The notes beneath the pieces are model-generated. The model saw only the letters and a list, made by a program, of their open reading frames with translations, made no database searches and was not told where the DNA came from. This document shows positions 1 through 8,535 of a stretch of DNA of 64,000 nt, piece by piece (the first letter of the stretch is position 1; each line of letters begins with the position of its first letter). Source of the DNA: a virus (lineage: Duplodnaviria; Caudoviricetes); IMG/VR virus record IMGVR_UViG_3300043443_000351, positions 107 through 64,106 of that record. One strand, given 5' to 3'. The position numbers and the translations under genes were made by a program.

Positions 1-2
1 TC

Positions 3-182
3 TTAATAGAGACAAATGATAGGATGGTATGGGAAACTCCTCAATATAGTATATTTGAAGTACCAGGCATGCATCCATCCGAATTAGGATATGTGAATAT
101 TTCAAAAGAACTTTATAGATATATTAAAGATTTTGATATTGTAAAATTCAATTCAAATAAAATTGATTTAAAATTTATATAA
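3..182 (+). CDS. 3' end of an SGNH-like protein (5'-truncated by window edge)
   Basis: Open frame from nt 3 to TAA at 180-182, overlapping the next ATG (TAATG). Translates ...GMHPSELGYVNISKELYRYIK...DLKFI, similar to the HPxxxGY block of the SGNH-like ORFs at 13430 and 43452. Not in the ORF track. Confidence 0.65.
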   Translation, partial: LIETNDRMVWETPQYSIFEVPGMHPSELGYVNISKELYRYIKDFDIVKFNSNKIDLKFI

Positions 183-751
183 TGAATTATTCAATAAATA
201 ATAATTTTTGTGATAGAAAAAAAGCCAATGAAATAATACAATTTTGTATTAAAAATGGTGAACAATTTTCTTATAATCCATCCGAAAGTTGGGATTGTAA
301 ACGTATATATGATGATGGGTTTAGAACTGAAATAATCAATATTTTAACAGAAAAATATACATCAAAACAGTTTGAATTATGGTTTGATTATAATACTTTT
401 AATTTGAAAAATTTTAATGTAAGTTTGACAGCATATTATAACGGAAGATATTTAAATTTACATAAGGATAAATCAAGCGAATTAACTACTGTTATAGTTT
501 TATCGGACGGATACGATGGTGGTGAATTTGCTTTATGCGAAGATGTGAAAAATGTACCAACATATTTTCAAACATTAGATGGTGTATCTAAATTTAACTT
601 AGGATTGGGAGATTTGATATCTTTTAATGGTTCTAAAACTTATCACGGTGTATTGCCTGTTAGTAATGGTATAAGATATGCATTAAATGTTTGGATGACT
701 GAAACAAATTATGATTACCCTAAACTTAAAATTAATAATTCATTGATATGA
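182..751 (+). CDS. 2OG-Fe(II) oxygenase
   Basis: HxD (LHKD), GGEF, distal His (YHGVLPV) and RYALNVW motifs. Confidence 0.9.
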   Translation: MNYSINNNFCDRKKANEIIQFCIKNGEQFSYNPSESWDCKRIYDDGFRTEIINILTEKYTSKQFELWFDYNTFNLKNFNVSLTAYYNGRYLNLHKDKSSELTTVIVLSDGYDGGEFALCEDVKNVPTYFQTLDGVSKFNLGLGDLISFNGSKTYHGVLPVSNGIRYALNVWMTETNYDYPKLKINNSLI

Positions 752-1269
752 GTATATTAATAATAGCATTACCAAGAACTGGTTCTACTGAATTGGGTAG
801 GAGATTATCAATCGAACATAATTTAAAATATGAATTTGAACCATTCAATCCATTAGCAAAATTACGATATAACGATACTTACAAAAATATGGTTGTAAAG
901 ACTATGGTATTTCATACTCCATTTTTTATAAAAGAAAATGAAAGATTAGAATGGTTAATCGATATATCAAAAGATTTTAAAGAAGTTATTTTATTATCTA
1001 GAAAGGATTTAGTAGCGTGTACCGAAAGTTGGTCGTTTTTATTACATGAAACCAAAAATGGGTTTAAATCTACCAAACCATATTTGTGGAAAAAAACTCC
1101 AAACTTCGATGAACAATTGTTTTTTATAAAAAAATGCGAAGAAGAGTTAATATATCTATCTGATAGGCTTGGTATAAAAATAACTTATTATGAAGATATA
1201 TACGATTTAAATGATGCCAATAGATTAAGAAAAGGAAATATTGATGTATCTAACAATAAGTTAATTTAG
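748..1269 (+). CDS. Sulfotransferase-like protein (Stf0-like)
   Basis: N-terminal PRTGST resembles the 5'-phosphosulfate-binding loop; LLSRKD resembles the 3'-phosphate-binding motif. Confidence 0.65.
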   Translation: MSILIIALPRTGSTELGRRLSIEHNLKYEFEPFNPLAKLRYNDTYKNMVVKTMVFHTPFFIKENERLEWLIDISKDFKEVILLSRKDLVACTESWSFLLHETKNGFKSTKPYLWKKTPNFDEQLFFIKKCEEELIYLSDRLGIKITYYEDIYDLNDANRLRKGNIDVSNNKLI

Positions 1270-1271
1270 TT

Positions 1272-2522
1272 ATGAAAATATACATACACCATTATTATCA
1301 AAACTTCATATATCACAAATTTTTACATAATACGAAAAATCGTACATCAACGATAAAAGATGGTATTGGTAGTATTTTTTGTAATTATAGGGGTATTGAT
1401 ATTGAGTTTATATTTAAGCAAGAAATTAGCTTTGAGGAAGATGGGTATCATATATTAGATTATTTTACAGCTTTTTTTCACGGAGTAGATGACCCTAAAA
1501 TTGGATATATTCATCCGGATAGGGAATATATGGAAAGAGAAACTCAACAAATTTTGAAAAAATTTATAGAGTTATTAAAGGGCTGTCCTAATAATCAAAA
1601 ATGGATTATAGGTTATTTTAGAACCGAAAAAATATTACAAACCAAAGATATAAATTATTTTGATGCAAATTGGTTAGAAATCGAATCTCTTATAAATCAA
1701 TTAAAAAATCATCATATAGTTACGGATAATATATTCTTAAACGATTTAGTTGGCGAACAATATCCAAATTTTTATTATGCATTAACTAATACAATATTTC
1801 AATGGAACGATAATTGGAATATTAGATGGTATTATGAATTTAAGCAAATATATGATAAATTAACATTTGATTATGATTTAATGTATAGTATTAGAAATCA
1901 TAAAGCGAATAGAGTTGCTATTATCAACGAATTGAATAAATTAAACAACAATAGACTGTATTTACAAAATACGGATGGATTACAAAACCCCGATTATTTT
2001 AAAAGAGCTCCAACTATATCACATATAAATACTAATTCAGTATATGGAGAAACTGATTTTGATGATATTACTTATATAGGAAATCATCAAGGCTATATGG
2101 ATGCGTTTTTTAGATTTTTACCAAAAGCTAAAATGCAAATATTGTGTGAAAGTTGGTCTTGGTCATCATCGGAGTTTACATCTCAATATGTTTCAGAAAA
2201 AACATTTGGATTTTTATTAGCGGGCATACCATTTATATCAACTCATAATTATCCATTACAAATGGTTGAAAGAATGTTAAAAATAGAACCTCATCCATTT
2301 TATAATGAATCCAAAAAATGTAAAGCTAATCCTAAATTGTTTGCCGAATTTGTAAATTCTTTTTTAAATAACTTTACTGAAAATCATAAATTATGTAAAG
2401 ATTGGTCGGATTTGGCACATACTAAATTATTATATAAAATTCAAAATGAAAATTCTTTATTAGATTTAATAATCGATGGTAAGTTAAAAAAAGAATTTAC
2501 AATTAAAAAATCTTTGCTATAA
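1272..2522 (+). CDS. Putative glycosyltransferase with GT10-like C-terminal motif
   Basis: ILCES...YVSEKTFGFLLAGIPFI resembles the GT10 motif (FxLxxEN...YxTEK...AxxxGxxPI). Same family as 57874. Confidence 0.45.
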   Translation: MKIYIHHYYQNFIYHKFLHNTKNRTSTIKDGIGSIFCNYRGIDIEFIFKQEISFEEDGYHILDYFTAFFHGVDDPKIGYIHPDREYMERETQQILKKFIELLKGCPNNQKWIIGYFRTEKILQTKDINYFDANWLEIESLINQLKNHHIVTDNIFLNDLVGEQYPNFYYALTNTIFQWNDNWNIRWYYEFKQIYDKLTFDYDLMYSIRNHKANRVAIINELNKLNNNRLYLQNTDGLQNPDYFKRAPTISHINTNSVYGETDFDDITYIGNHQGYMDAFFRFLPKAKMQILCESWSWSSSEFTSQYVSEKTFGFLLAGIPFISTHNYPLQMVERMLKIEPHPFYNESKKCKANPKLFAEFVNSFLNNFTENHKLCKDWSDLAHTKLLYKIQNENSLLDLIIDGKLKKEFTIKKSLL

Positions 2523-3220
2523 TGGAAGTGGTGTTTACATATCTACCGATAAGATTAAAAGAAATAACTGAAATTTATTTAAAATATTCAATTGCCAATT
2601 TAAATAATGTTGGTATAACTCCAATAATTTATTCTGATAAAGATTATTTTATTAATACCAAATTAGACTATGAATGGATTGAATTTAATGTGGATGAAAA
2701 GTATAAGAAGGATAGTTTATGGTCTTATCCTAAATTAAAAGTATTATCAAATATAAAATTTCCATTCATACATTTAGATAATGATTTAATCGTAAATGAT
2801 TTTATAAAATTTAAAACTATTATAAATGAATCAACATTAAATTTATGCTACAAACATCCATTATCAAAAATACAATCTAAATATTTTAAAGAAATATATA
2901 AAATTTATTCCGATAGACCATTGATGTTTGAAGAATTAAATAACACATCCATTGTGTGTTGTAAAGATTATTTAGTAATGAATAAAGCATATTTGGATGT
3001 ATTAGATATTGTAGATTCACACTATACATTTTTTTCAAAAAAGTATAATGGAATACCACCCATCACCTTAAATCAACAATATTTAAATCTATATTTTAGT
3101 AATATAAACTATCTATTTAATGAAAACCCATCATTTGAAAATATGAATATAAATGGCGTATGTCATTTAGCAGAAAAAAATATGGTTAGTAACTTTGTAC
3201 TAAATAAAAGTTTGATATGA
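2522..3220 (+). CDS. Putative GT-A fold glycosyltransferase-like protein
   Basis: YPKLKVL...PFIHLDNDL (DxD-type motif). Confidence 0.5.
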   Translation: MEVVFTYLPIRLKEITEIYLKYSIANLNNVGITPIIYSDKDYFINTKLDYEWIEFNVDEKYKKDSLWSYPKLKVLSNIKFPFIHLDNDLIVNDFIKFKTIINESTLNLCYKHPLSKIQSKYFKEIYKIYSDRPLMFEELNNTSIVCCKDYLVMNKAYLDVLDIVDSHYTFFSKKYNGIPPITLNQQYLNLYFSNINYLFNENPSFENMNINGVCHLAEKNMVSNFVLNKSLI

Positions 3221-3879
3221 AAAATACGTTATGGGCATTTGGAGATTCTATGACATTTGGACACGGATGTAATATCGATTGTCCTTCAGATACTAGAATC
3301 GAATATTTGAAATACAAAAAAGATACAGATGATATTTGGACTAATCATTTGGGTAGATTATTAAATTATAATGTGCGTAATATGGGTGTAAATGGAGCAT
3401 CAAACGATTCCATTTTAGATAGTATTATAGATAATTTTGATTATATAAATGAAAATGATGTGGTTATAATTAATATGACATTATATGGAAGAATAGATGT
3501 TCCAATTGGAAACTCTTTTCATAATGTATTATCATCATACGAAGGAGCTAAAACTTTATTGAAAACATCTGATAATGTAGAGGATAACGAAAAGATAGAA
3601 ACTATTATAAATTTTCAATATTATTTCTCCAATCATATTCTTTATAAAAATAGACATAAGAAACGATTTGAATTTATTAAGGATAGATTGATAAAAGAAA
3701 AGAAAATACGATTTATTTATATCTGGTCGTTAGAAGAAGATGATGGTATATATGCATCTTTTGAAACAATCGTTAAAGCAACAAATGGTACTATAAAAGA
3801 TACACATTTTTCATTTAATGGTCATTTTAATTTTGCTCATTTTTTATATGGGCTAATGGATACTAAAAAAATACTATAA
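3217..3879 (+). CDS. SGNH/GDSL-like hydrolase or acyltransferase
   Basis: AFGDSMT block I, NMGVNGASN block II and DTHFS block V. Confidence 0.75.
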   Translation: MKNTLWAFGDSMTFGHGCNIDCPSDTRIEYLKYKKDTDDIWTNHLGRLLNYNVRNMGVNGASNDSILDSIIDNFDYINENDVVIINMTLYGRIDVPIGNSFHNVLSSYEGAKTLLKTSDNVEDNEKIETIINFQYYFSNHILYKNRHKKRFEFIKDRLIKEKKIRFIYIWSLEEDDGIYASFETIVKATNGTIKDTHFSFNGHFNFAHFLYGLMDTKKIL

Positions 3880-4580
3880 TGTCTAATACATTGAGTAAAA
3901 AAGAAAAAAATGCTATAAAAATATTAGGAAATGATTTGGCAAACATTATTATTAATAAAATAAAAGTAGATTTTTTAAATTTAAATTACATAACAGAAAA
4001 ACGATTTAATAATATAATCTATTCTATTTTTAATTATATTGAATCGAATCCATCATTAAGTTATTCGGATATCGATAGTATGGATTTAAAAATAATAGAA
4101 AATGTTTGGGATTCGTATTTGCAAAAATATATTAGTAATTATACATCTACTAATTTTGTAGAAACAAATAAGATAATAGATGATTATAGAATAAATGGCA
4201 TTGGATTGTATTGGGTTGATTTAGAGAAATTATTCTGTATAGATTCTATGATTAGAATGAATGATTGTGGTAGAGTTAATTATGGGCATACAACATTAGA
4301 GCTTAGAGAGCAATTGGATGATTCAAACGAATCGCATATGATTATTGTTTACGAAATAAAAACAGGCAATATACGACAAGTTAAAGGAAAATCTAGTCAG
4401 AAGCCAGATAGTAAATATTGGAAATATTTTTATAAATTTTTAATTAATACTTCTTATAAAATAAATGAATATGTTCCGACTTACAAATCGGAATCAGATT
4501 TAAATATTTTAGATTTTCCAATCAATATTCAAAAAGAAATATATTTGAAACATCCAACATTAAATAAAAATTTGATTTAA
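3879..4580 (+). CDS. Hypothetical protein with PcfJ-like C-terminal region
   Basis: RMNDCG...LELRE...IRQVKGKSSQKP resembles the PcfJ-like M.HC / Q.KG..N..P pattern, but is degenerate. Confidence 0.4.
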   Translation: MSNTLSKKEKNAIKILGNDLANIIINKIKVDFLNLNYITEKRFNNIIYSIFNYIESNPSLSYSDIDSMDLKIIENVWDSYLQKYISNYTSTNFVETNKIIDDYRINGIGLYWVDLEKLFCIDSMIRMNDCGRVNYGHTTLELREQLDDSNESHMIIVYEIKTGNIRQVKGKSSQKPDSKYWKYFYKFLINTSYKINEYVPTYKSESDLNILDFPINIQKEIYLKHPTLNKNLI

Positions 4581-4954
4581 TGAAATATATAATAGCTCCT
4601 ACTAATATAAAGGGTAATTCCGTATTTGCTAAAAAAATAATATTTAAAGATGAACTAATAGGCGAATATTATAGAGATTTCCCAAATACAAAATATACTA
4701 AAAATATTTTTGATTACTTTGATAGAGATTTGGGTAGATATTGTAATCACTCTTTTAGTCCTAATACTTATGTAAAAGAATCTTTAAATAAAGATGGATA
4801 TGATTTATATGCTTTATTTGAGATTAAAATAGGAGAAGAAATATTGGTTGATTATGTATTAATGGAGCAGCTAGTAAATGCACCTTTTAATACTTTTTAT
4901 AAACCAATTTTTAAAGAAGAAAAACAAACCTTTATTATTAAAAATTTGATATAG
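4580..4954 (+). CDS. SET-domain methyltransferase
   Basis: GNSVFA, RYCNHSFSPN and GEEILVDY match SET signature motifs. Confidence 0.85.
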   Translation: MKYIIAPTNIKGNSVFAKKIIFKDELIGEYYRDFPNTKYTKNIFDYFDRDLGRYCNHSFSPNTYVKESLNKDGYDLYALFEIKIGEEILVDYVLMEQLVNAPFNTFYKPIFKEEKQTFIIKNLI

Positions 4955-5563
4955 ATGAACGGAACAGAAAATCTCATAATTACAGAAGATTATATTTTTA
5001 ATCCTGATAATAATCATAATGTGATGCATAAATGCGAAACTAAAATAATGGAACGGCAAGCACAAATAAGTACACAAAATGGCGGCGATATTTTAGAATT
5101 AGGATTTGGAATGCATATTTCCGCTGATTTTATTCAGAGTAATCCAAATGTTACATCTCATACAATAATAGAAATTCATCCGCAACAATATCAGAGAGCA
5201 TTAGAATGGGCTAAAGATAAAAAAAATGTTGAAATAATATTGGGAGATTGGGTAGATTTATTACCATTAGTAAATAGAAAATTTGATGGCATATTATTTG
5301 ATACCGATACGGATGGGAATTTGCCGTTTTTTATGGATATGGTTAAACCAAATTGTAAAGAAGGTACGGCTCTTTCATTTTATGCGTATTATAGGCACGA
5401 TGCTAGACTGAATTCCGAAATTATACATTTTACAAATGAAGAAGTTGCGGCTTGGCCCGATTCGTGGAAGAAACACAAATTATTTCAAAATAATCAATAT
5501 GTTATATATCATACCAAATTTAATGGTGTTGATTTTTATGCAAATAATACTAAATTAATTTAA
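4955..5563 (+). CDS. Class I SAM methyltransferase, GAMT/RMT2-like
   Basis: VMHKCETKIM, GGDILELGFGM, HTIIEIHP and FDGILFDT follow the GAMT/Rmt2 pattern. Confidence 0.8.
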   Translation: MNGTENLIITEDYIFNPDNNHNVMHKCETKIMERQAQISTQNGGDILELGFGMHISADFIQSNPNVTSHTIIEIHPQQYQRALEWAKDKKNVEIILGDWVDLLPLVNRKFDGILFDTDTDGNLPFFMDMVKPNCKEGTALSFYAYYRHDARLNSEIIHFTNEEVAAWPDSWKKHKLFQNNQYVIYHTKFNGVDFYANNTKLI

Positions 5564-5595
5564 TTTGGTTTTTTAATAAATTTTTCGTATATTGG
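5564..5595 (+). promoter_or_regulatory. Bacteroidota sigma70-type promoter
   Basis: TTTG at 5564-5567, 20 nt spacer, TATATTGG at 5588-5595 (one mismatch to TAnnTTTG). Confidence 0.6.
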
Positions 5596-5600
5596 TTACT

Positions 5601-5924
5601 ATGATTATAGTACCCGAAACTCCAATAACAGATGTTAGTTTTACTAAATGGAATGCTTGCATTAAAATAGAAATGAAAGATGAATCTTTGGATGAAGTTT
5701 TTCATTACTACATAATTCCACTAATAGATGTAACGCAAGAAGAATTAGAAAACGACATAGAAACCATACCATCACTTTGGTCGTCAGAATCTACCGAATT
5801 TGAATCCGAAGAAGGAATCACACTTTACACAATGCGATTGTTTGATGAAGATTTACCAGAATTGACTACAGAAGAAGAAGTTGAAATACTTTATAAAATT
5901 TTAACAAAAAAAGACCTGTATTAA
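5601..5924 (+). CDS. Acidic hypothetical protein
   Basis: ORF track starts at TTG 5592, which lies inside the promoter, so ATG 5601 is preferred. Glu/Asp-rich, no recognised motif. Confidence 0.6.
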   Translation: MIIVPETPITDVSFTKWNACIKIEMKDESLDEVFHYYIIPLIDVTQEELENDIETIPSLWSSESTEFESEEGITLYTMRLFDEDLPELTTEEEVEILYKILTKKDLY

Positions 5925-5956
5925 TTTGGAAATTTGAAAAAATTTTTGTATATTTG
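5925..5956 (+). promoter_or_regulatory. Bacteroidota sigma70-type promoter
   Basis: TTTG at 5925-5928, 20 nt spacer, TATATTTG at 5949-5956 (perfect match). Confidence 0.8.
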
Positions 5957-6036
5957 AGGTATCTTTTTATTATTACTATAAAGCAGACAGCACAGAAGCA
6001 CTAAAAGATTAAAATAAAACTTAAAAAATAAAAGAA

Positions 6037-6684
6037 ATGAAACAAAAGACAGAAAAGGAACTGAAAGACAATTACGAGAGGTTTATTGCTATCATTAAAA
6101 AATATTTTAAAGGTGATAGATTGGAGAAACTTCTTTTTATGTATTCAGAAGAAGAATTAGGTGTAAATCTTGCAATATCACCAGCAAGTGGTAACATTGG
6201 TTATCACAATTGTTATACAGGTGGATATATAGACCACATTTTTAATGTTTGTAAAAATTCTCTTAAAGTAAAAGAATTATTTGTAAGTTTAGGAGGTAAA
6301 GTAGATTTTACAGATGAAGAATTGATATTTTGTGCATTGCATCACGATTTAGGTAAATTAGGTTCTAAAGGTAAACCATACTATACACCAAACCCATCCG
6401 ATTGGCATATTAAAAATCAGGGTAAAGTATTTACGCCAAATCCGGAGTTATCCCATATGACTCATACCGATAGAACTATGTTTTTATTACAACATTATAA
6501 TATTCAGGTTTCCGAAGCAGAATATTTTGGTATGAAATTAACAGATGGTTTATACGATGAAGATAATGCAAAATATTTAAAAGTTTTTGATATCAGTAAA
6601 AGAATGAAATATAAAATTCCGTATATTATGCATTGGGCTGACCATATGAGTACTGTAATCGAGTCACAAGATAATGATTTATAA
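6037..6684 (+). CDS. HD-domain phosphohydrolase
   Basis: GGYIDHIFNV, ALHHDLGK and HWADH motifs. Confidence 0.85.
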   Translation: MKQKTEKELKDNYERFIAIIKKYFKGDRLEKLLFMYSEEELGVNLAISPASGNIGYHNCYTGGYIDHIFNVCKNSLKVKELFVSLGGKVDFTDEELIFCALHHDLGKLGSKGKPYYTPNPSDWHIKNQGKVFTPNPELSHMTHTDRTMFLLQHYNIQVSEAEYFGMKLTDGLYDEDNAKYLKVFDISKRMKYKIPYIMHWADHMSTVIESQDNDL

Positions 6685-6725
6685 TGACAATTTGTCATAC
6701 TTTTCTAATTGGTATGAGAATTGTA
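6684..6725 (+). promoter_or_regulatory. Palindrome plus sigma54-like -24/-12 element upstream of Hsp20
   Basis: ATGACAA-T-TTGTCAT at 6684-6698. TTGGTATGAGAATTGTA at 6709-6725 has GG-N10-GT spacing (canonical GG-N10-GC). Confidence 0.45.
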
Positions 6726-6764
6726 ATATATAACTTACATTATTAACTTAAAAAATTTACAAAT

Positions 6765-7151
6765 ATGTACACAGCAAACATTAAAAACTTATTAGATTTA
6801 TTCGAAACGGAATTACCGGCAAATTGGACAACCACAACTACCACTAAACCATTAGCTTTGGATTATGATATAAAGCAATTGGAAGATGGTAAACAACAAT
6901 TAGTATTGAGCGTTGTAGGACACGATGCTAAAAATATTAAATTAGATGTTACCGAAGATAAGGTAACTATTAAAGCAAAAAAAGAAGAAGGAAGTTATTC
7001 ATTAGTTGCTGATATCGATGCTACATTTAAGGTGGGTAAAGATTACGATGGAACTAAAACTGAAGCTAAATTCTCTAATGGGTTACTTATTTTAACAATC
7101 GATAAGAAAGAGGAGAGAAAGAGTAAATCTATCTCAATTAAAGTTGGTTAA
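6765..7151 (+). CDS. Small heat-shock protein (Hsp20/alpha-crystallin)
   Basis: LSVVGHDAKNIKLDV...TEAKFSNGLLILTIDK...KSISIK matches the Hsp20 pattern. Confidence 0.85.
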   Translation: MYTANIKNLLDLFETELPANWTTTTTTKPLALDYDIKQLEDGKQQLVLSVVGHDAKNIKLDVTEDKVTIKAKKEEGSYSLVADIDATFKVGKDYDGTKTEAKFSNGLLILTIDKKEERKSKSISIKVG

Positions 7152-7174
7152 TTCAATTTTTTTTCGTATCTTTA
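7143..7174 (+). promoter_or_regulatory. Bacteroidota sigma70-type promoter (variant)
   Basis: GTTG at 7143-7146, 20 nt spacer, TATCTTTA at 7167-7174. Confidence 0.5.
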
Positions 7175-7207
7175 AAGGGTGATGACTTATAGTTATCACC
7201 TTTTTTT
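7174..7207 (+). terminator. Intrinsic terminator after Hsp20
   Basis: Stem AAAGGGTGATGAC / GTTATCACCTTTT with TTATA loop and T-tract at 7201-7207. Confidence 0.75.
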
Positions 7208-7227
7208 ATTTAAAAATACTTATTATT

Positions 7228-7404
7228 ATGATATACAACGAGAAAATACAAACATTATTAGAATCTTTAGATGGTAAATTAAGGATTTTACAAAACGGAA
7301 TTACAGGTGCACAGCACATGTCTCCATCTGAAGCACACAATACATTGGAAGATGCTAGAAAGATAGTAGAGCGTGTTTCCGAATTAACGAGAATCAATCG
7401 ATAA
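7228..7404 (+). CDS. Small hypothetical protein (58 aa, not in ORF track)
   Basis: MIYNEKIQTLLESLDGKLRILQNG...ELTRINR. Fills the gap and stops 1 nt before the next ATG. Confidence 0.7.
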   Translation: MIYNEKIQTLLESLDGKLRILQNGITGAQHMSPSEAHNTLEDARKIVERVSELTRINR

Positions 7405-7405
7405 A

Positions 7406-8476
7406 ATGAATTGGCTTAAATATTTAGTGGGTTTTTCCGCACTAATTATTGCAGGATGTGCGGCTTATTTCTCCGTAACTGGTTTGGGTGTTCTTTTTGC
7501 AGGAGCATCTATATCGGTTATGGTAATGGCTAGCTCTTTGGAGTTTGCTAAATTGGTTGCTGCAACATATTTGAAGCAAGAGTGGGATAATATCAAAGGA
7601 TTTAACAAATGGTATTTAACTACATCGGTAGCATTATTGATGTTAATCACTTCAGCAGGTATTTTTGGATATCTTTCAAATGCTTTTCAAGCACAATCAC
7701 TACAATTACAACAAGTAGATAGAGAAATTGCCGTTCATCAAACTAAAATTGACCAAAATACGGCTCAAATTACTCAACTTTCTACTCAAATTACCGAATT
7801 CAATACCAATCAAGGTAAAATTTTAGATGGTGGTAAGGTAAATTCACGTCTTATTCGTTCAATTGATAACAGAGATAAACAAATTGCCAAAATTAACGAT
7901 AAAATTTCCATTTTACAAACTGAAAATGCTCAGGAAACCGAAAAAATCAACCAAATTAAGATTGCCAATTTAGGATTGGAAAAAGAAGTTGGTGGATTTC
8001 GTTTTGTTGCTGAAGCATTTGGTATGGAATTGAAAAATGTTGTAAAATTCTTCATATTTTTGATTGTAATCGTATTTGACCCGTTGGCAGTGGCTCTAAT
8101 TATCGCATTTAATGGGTTAGTTGCTCCAAAAAACCGAAAAGAAGAAGAAAATTTAACAGAAGATGTAAAATTAGATGAACCAATTCGAGAAAATTCCGAA
8201 TTAATCGAAAAAACTTATCAAGTTTACGGAGAAAGTGGAGAAAATCCAACATTAGAGGTAGAAAATGTGGGTAATGATGGAAATGTTCAACAAAACGAAG
8301 AAAACGCTGCGAAATTACAATGGGAAGAATATATGCATCCCGAATTTCCGTGGAATAATCGTAAACTTTGGATAAACAATCCAAAAGCTGTTAATTATTG
8401 GCTAAGTACAAAGGGTGGTACACCCAAAACTCTCGCAAAAATCAGAAACGAAGAGGAAAACGTAAAAACATATTAA
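7406..8476 (+). CDS. Membrane protein with coiled-coil region
   Basis: About three N-terminal hydrophobic helices, a heptad-rich middle, a further hydrophobic segment and an acidic tail. Confidence 0.7.
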   Translation: MNWLKYLVGFSALIIAGCAAYFSVTGLGVLFAGASISVMVMASSLEFAKLVAATYLKQEWDNIKGFNKWYLTTSVALLMLITSAGIFGYLSNAFQAQSLQLQQVDREIAVHQTKIDQNTAQITQLSTQITEFNTNQGKILDGGKVNSRLIRSIDNRDKQIAKINDKISILQTENAQETEKINQIKIANLGLEKEVGGFRFVAEAFGMELKNVVKFFIFLIVIVFDPLAVALIIAFNGLVAPKNRKEEENLTEDVKLDEPIRENSELIEKTYQVYGESGENPTLEVENVGNDGNVQQNEENAAKLQWEEYMHPEFPWNNRKLWINNPKAVNYWLSTKGGTPKTLAKIRNEEENVKTY

Positions 8477-8480
8477 AATA

Positions 8481-8512
8481 TTTGGTTTTATCGTATTTTT
8501 TGTTTATATTTG
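8481..8512 (+). promoter_or_regulatory. Bacteroidota sigma70-type promoter
   Basis: TTTG at 8481-8484, 20 nt spacer, TATATTTG at 8505-8512. Confidence 0.8.
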
Positions 8513-8535
8513 TTAAAACTAATAAACTTTAAAAT

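Noticed and set aside
5957-6036. Possible structured 5' UTR or small RNA before the HD gene
   Set aside because: Only a weak ATCTTTT/AAAAGAT pairing; no recognisable riboswitch or ncRNA.
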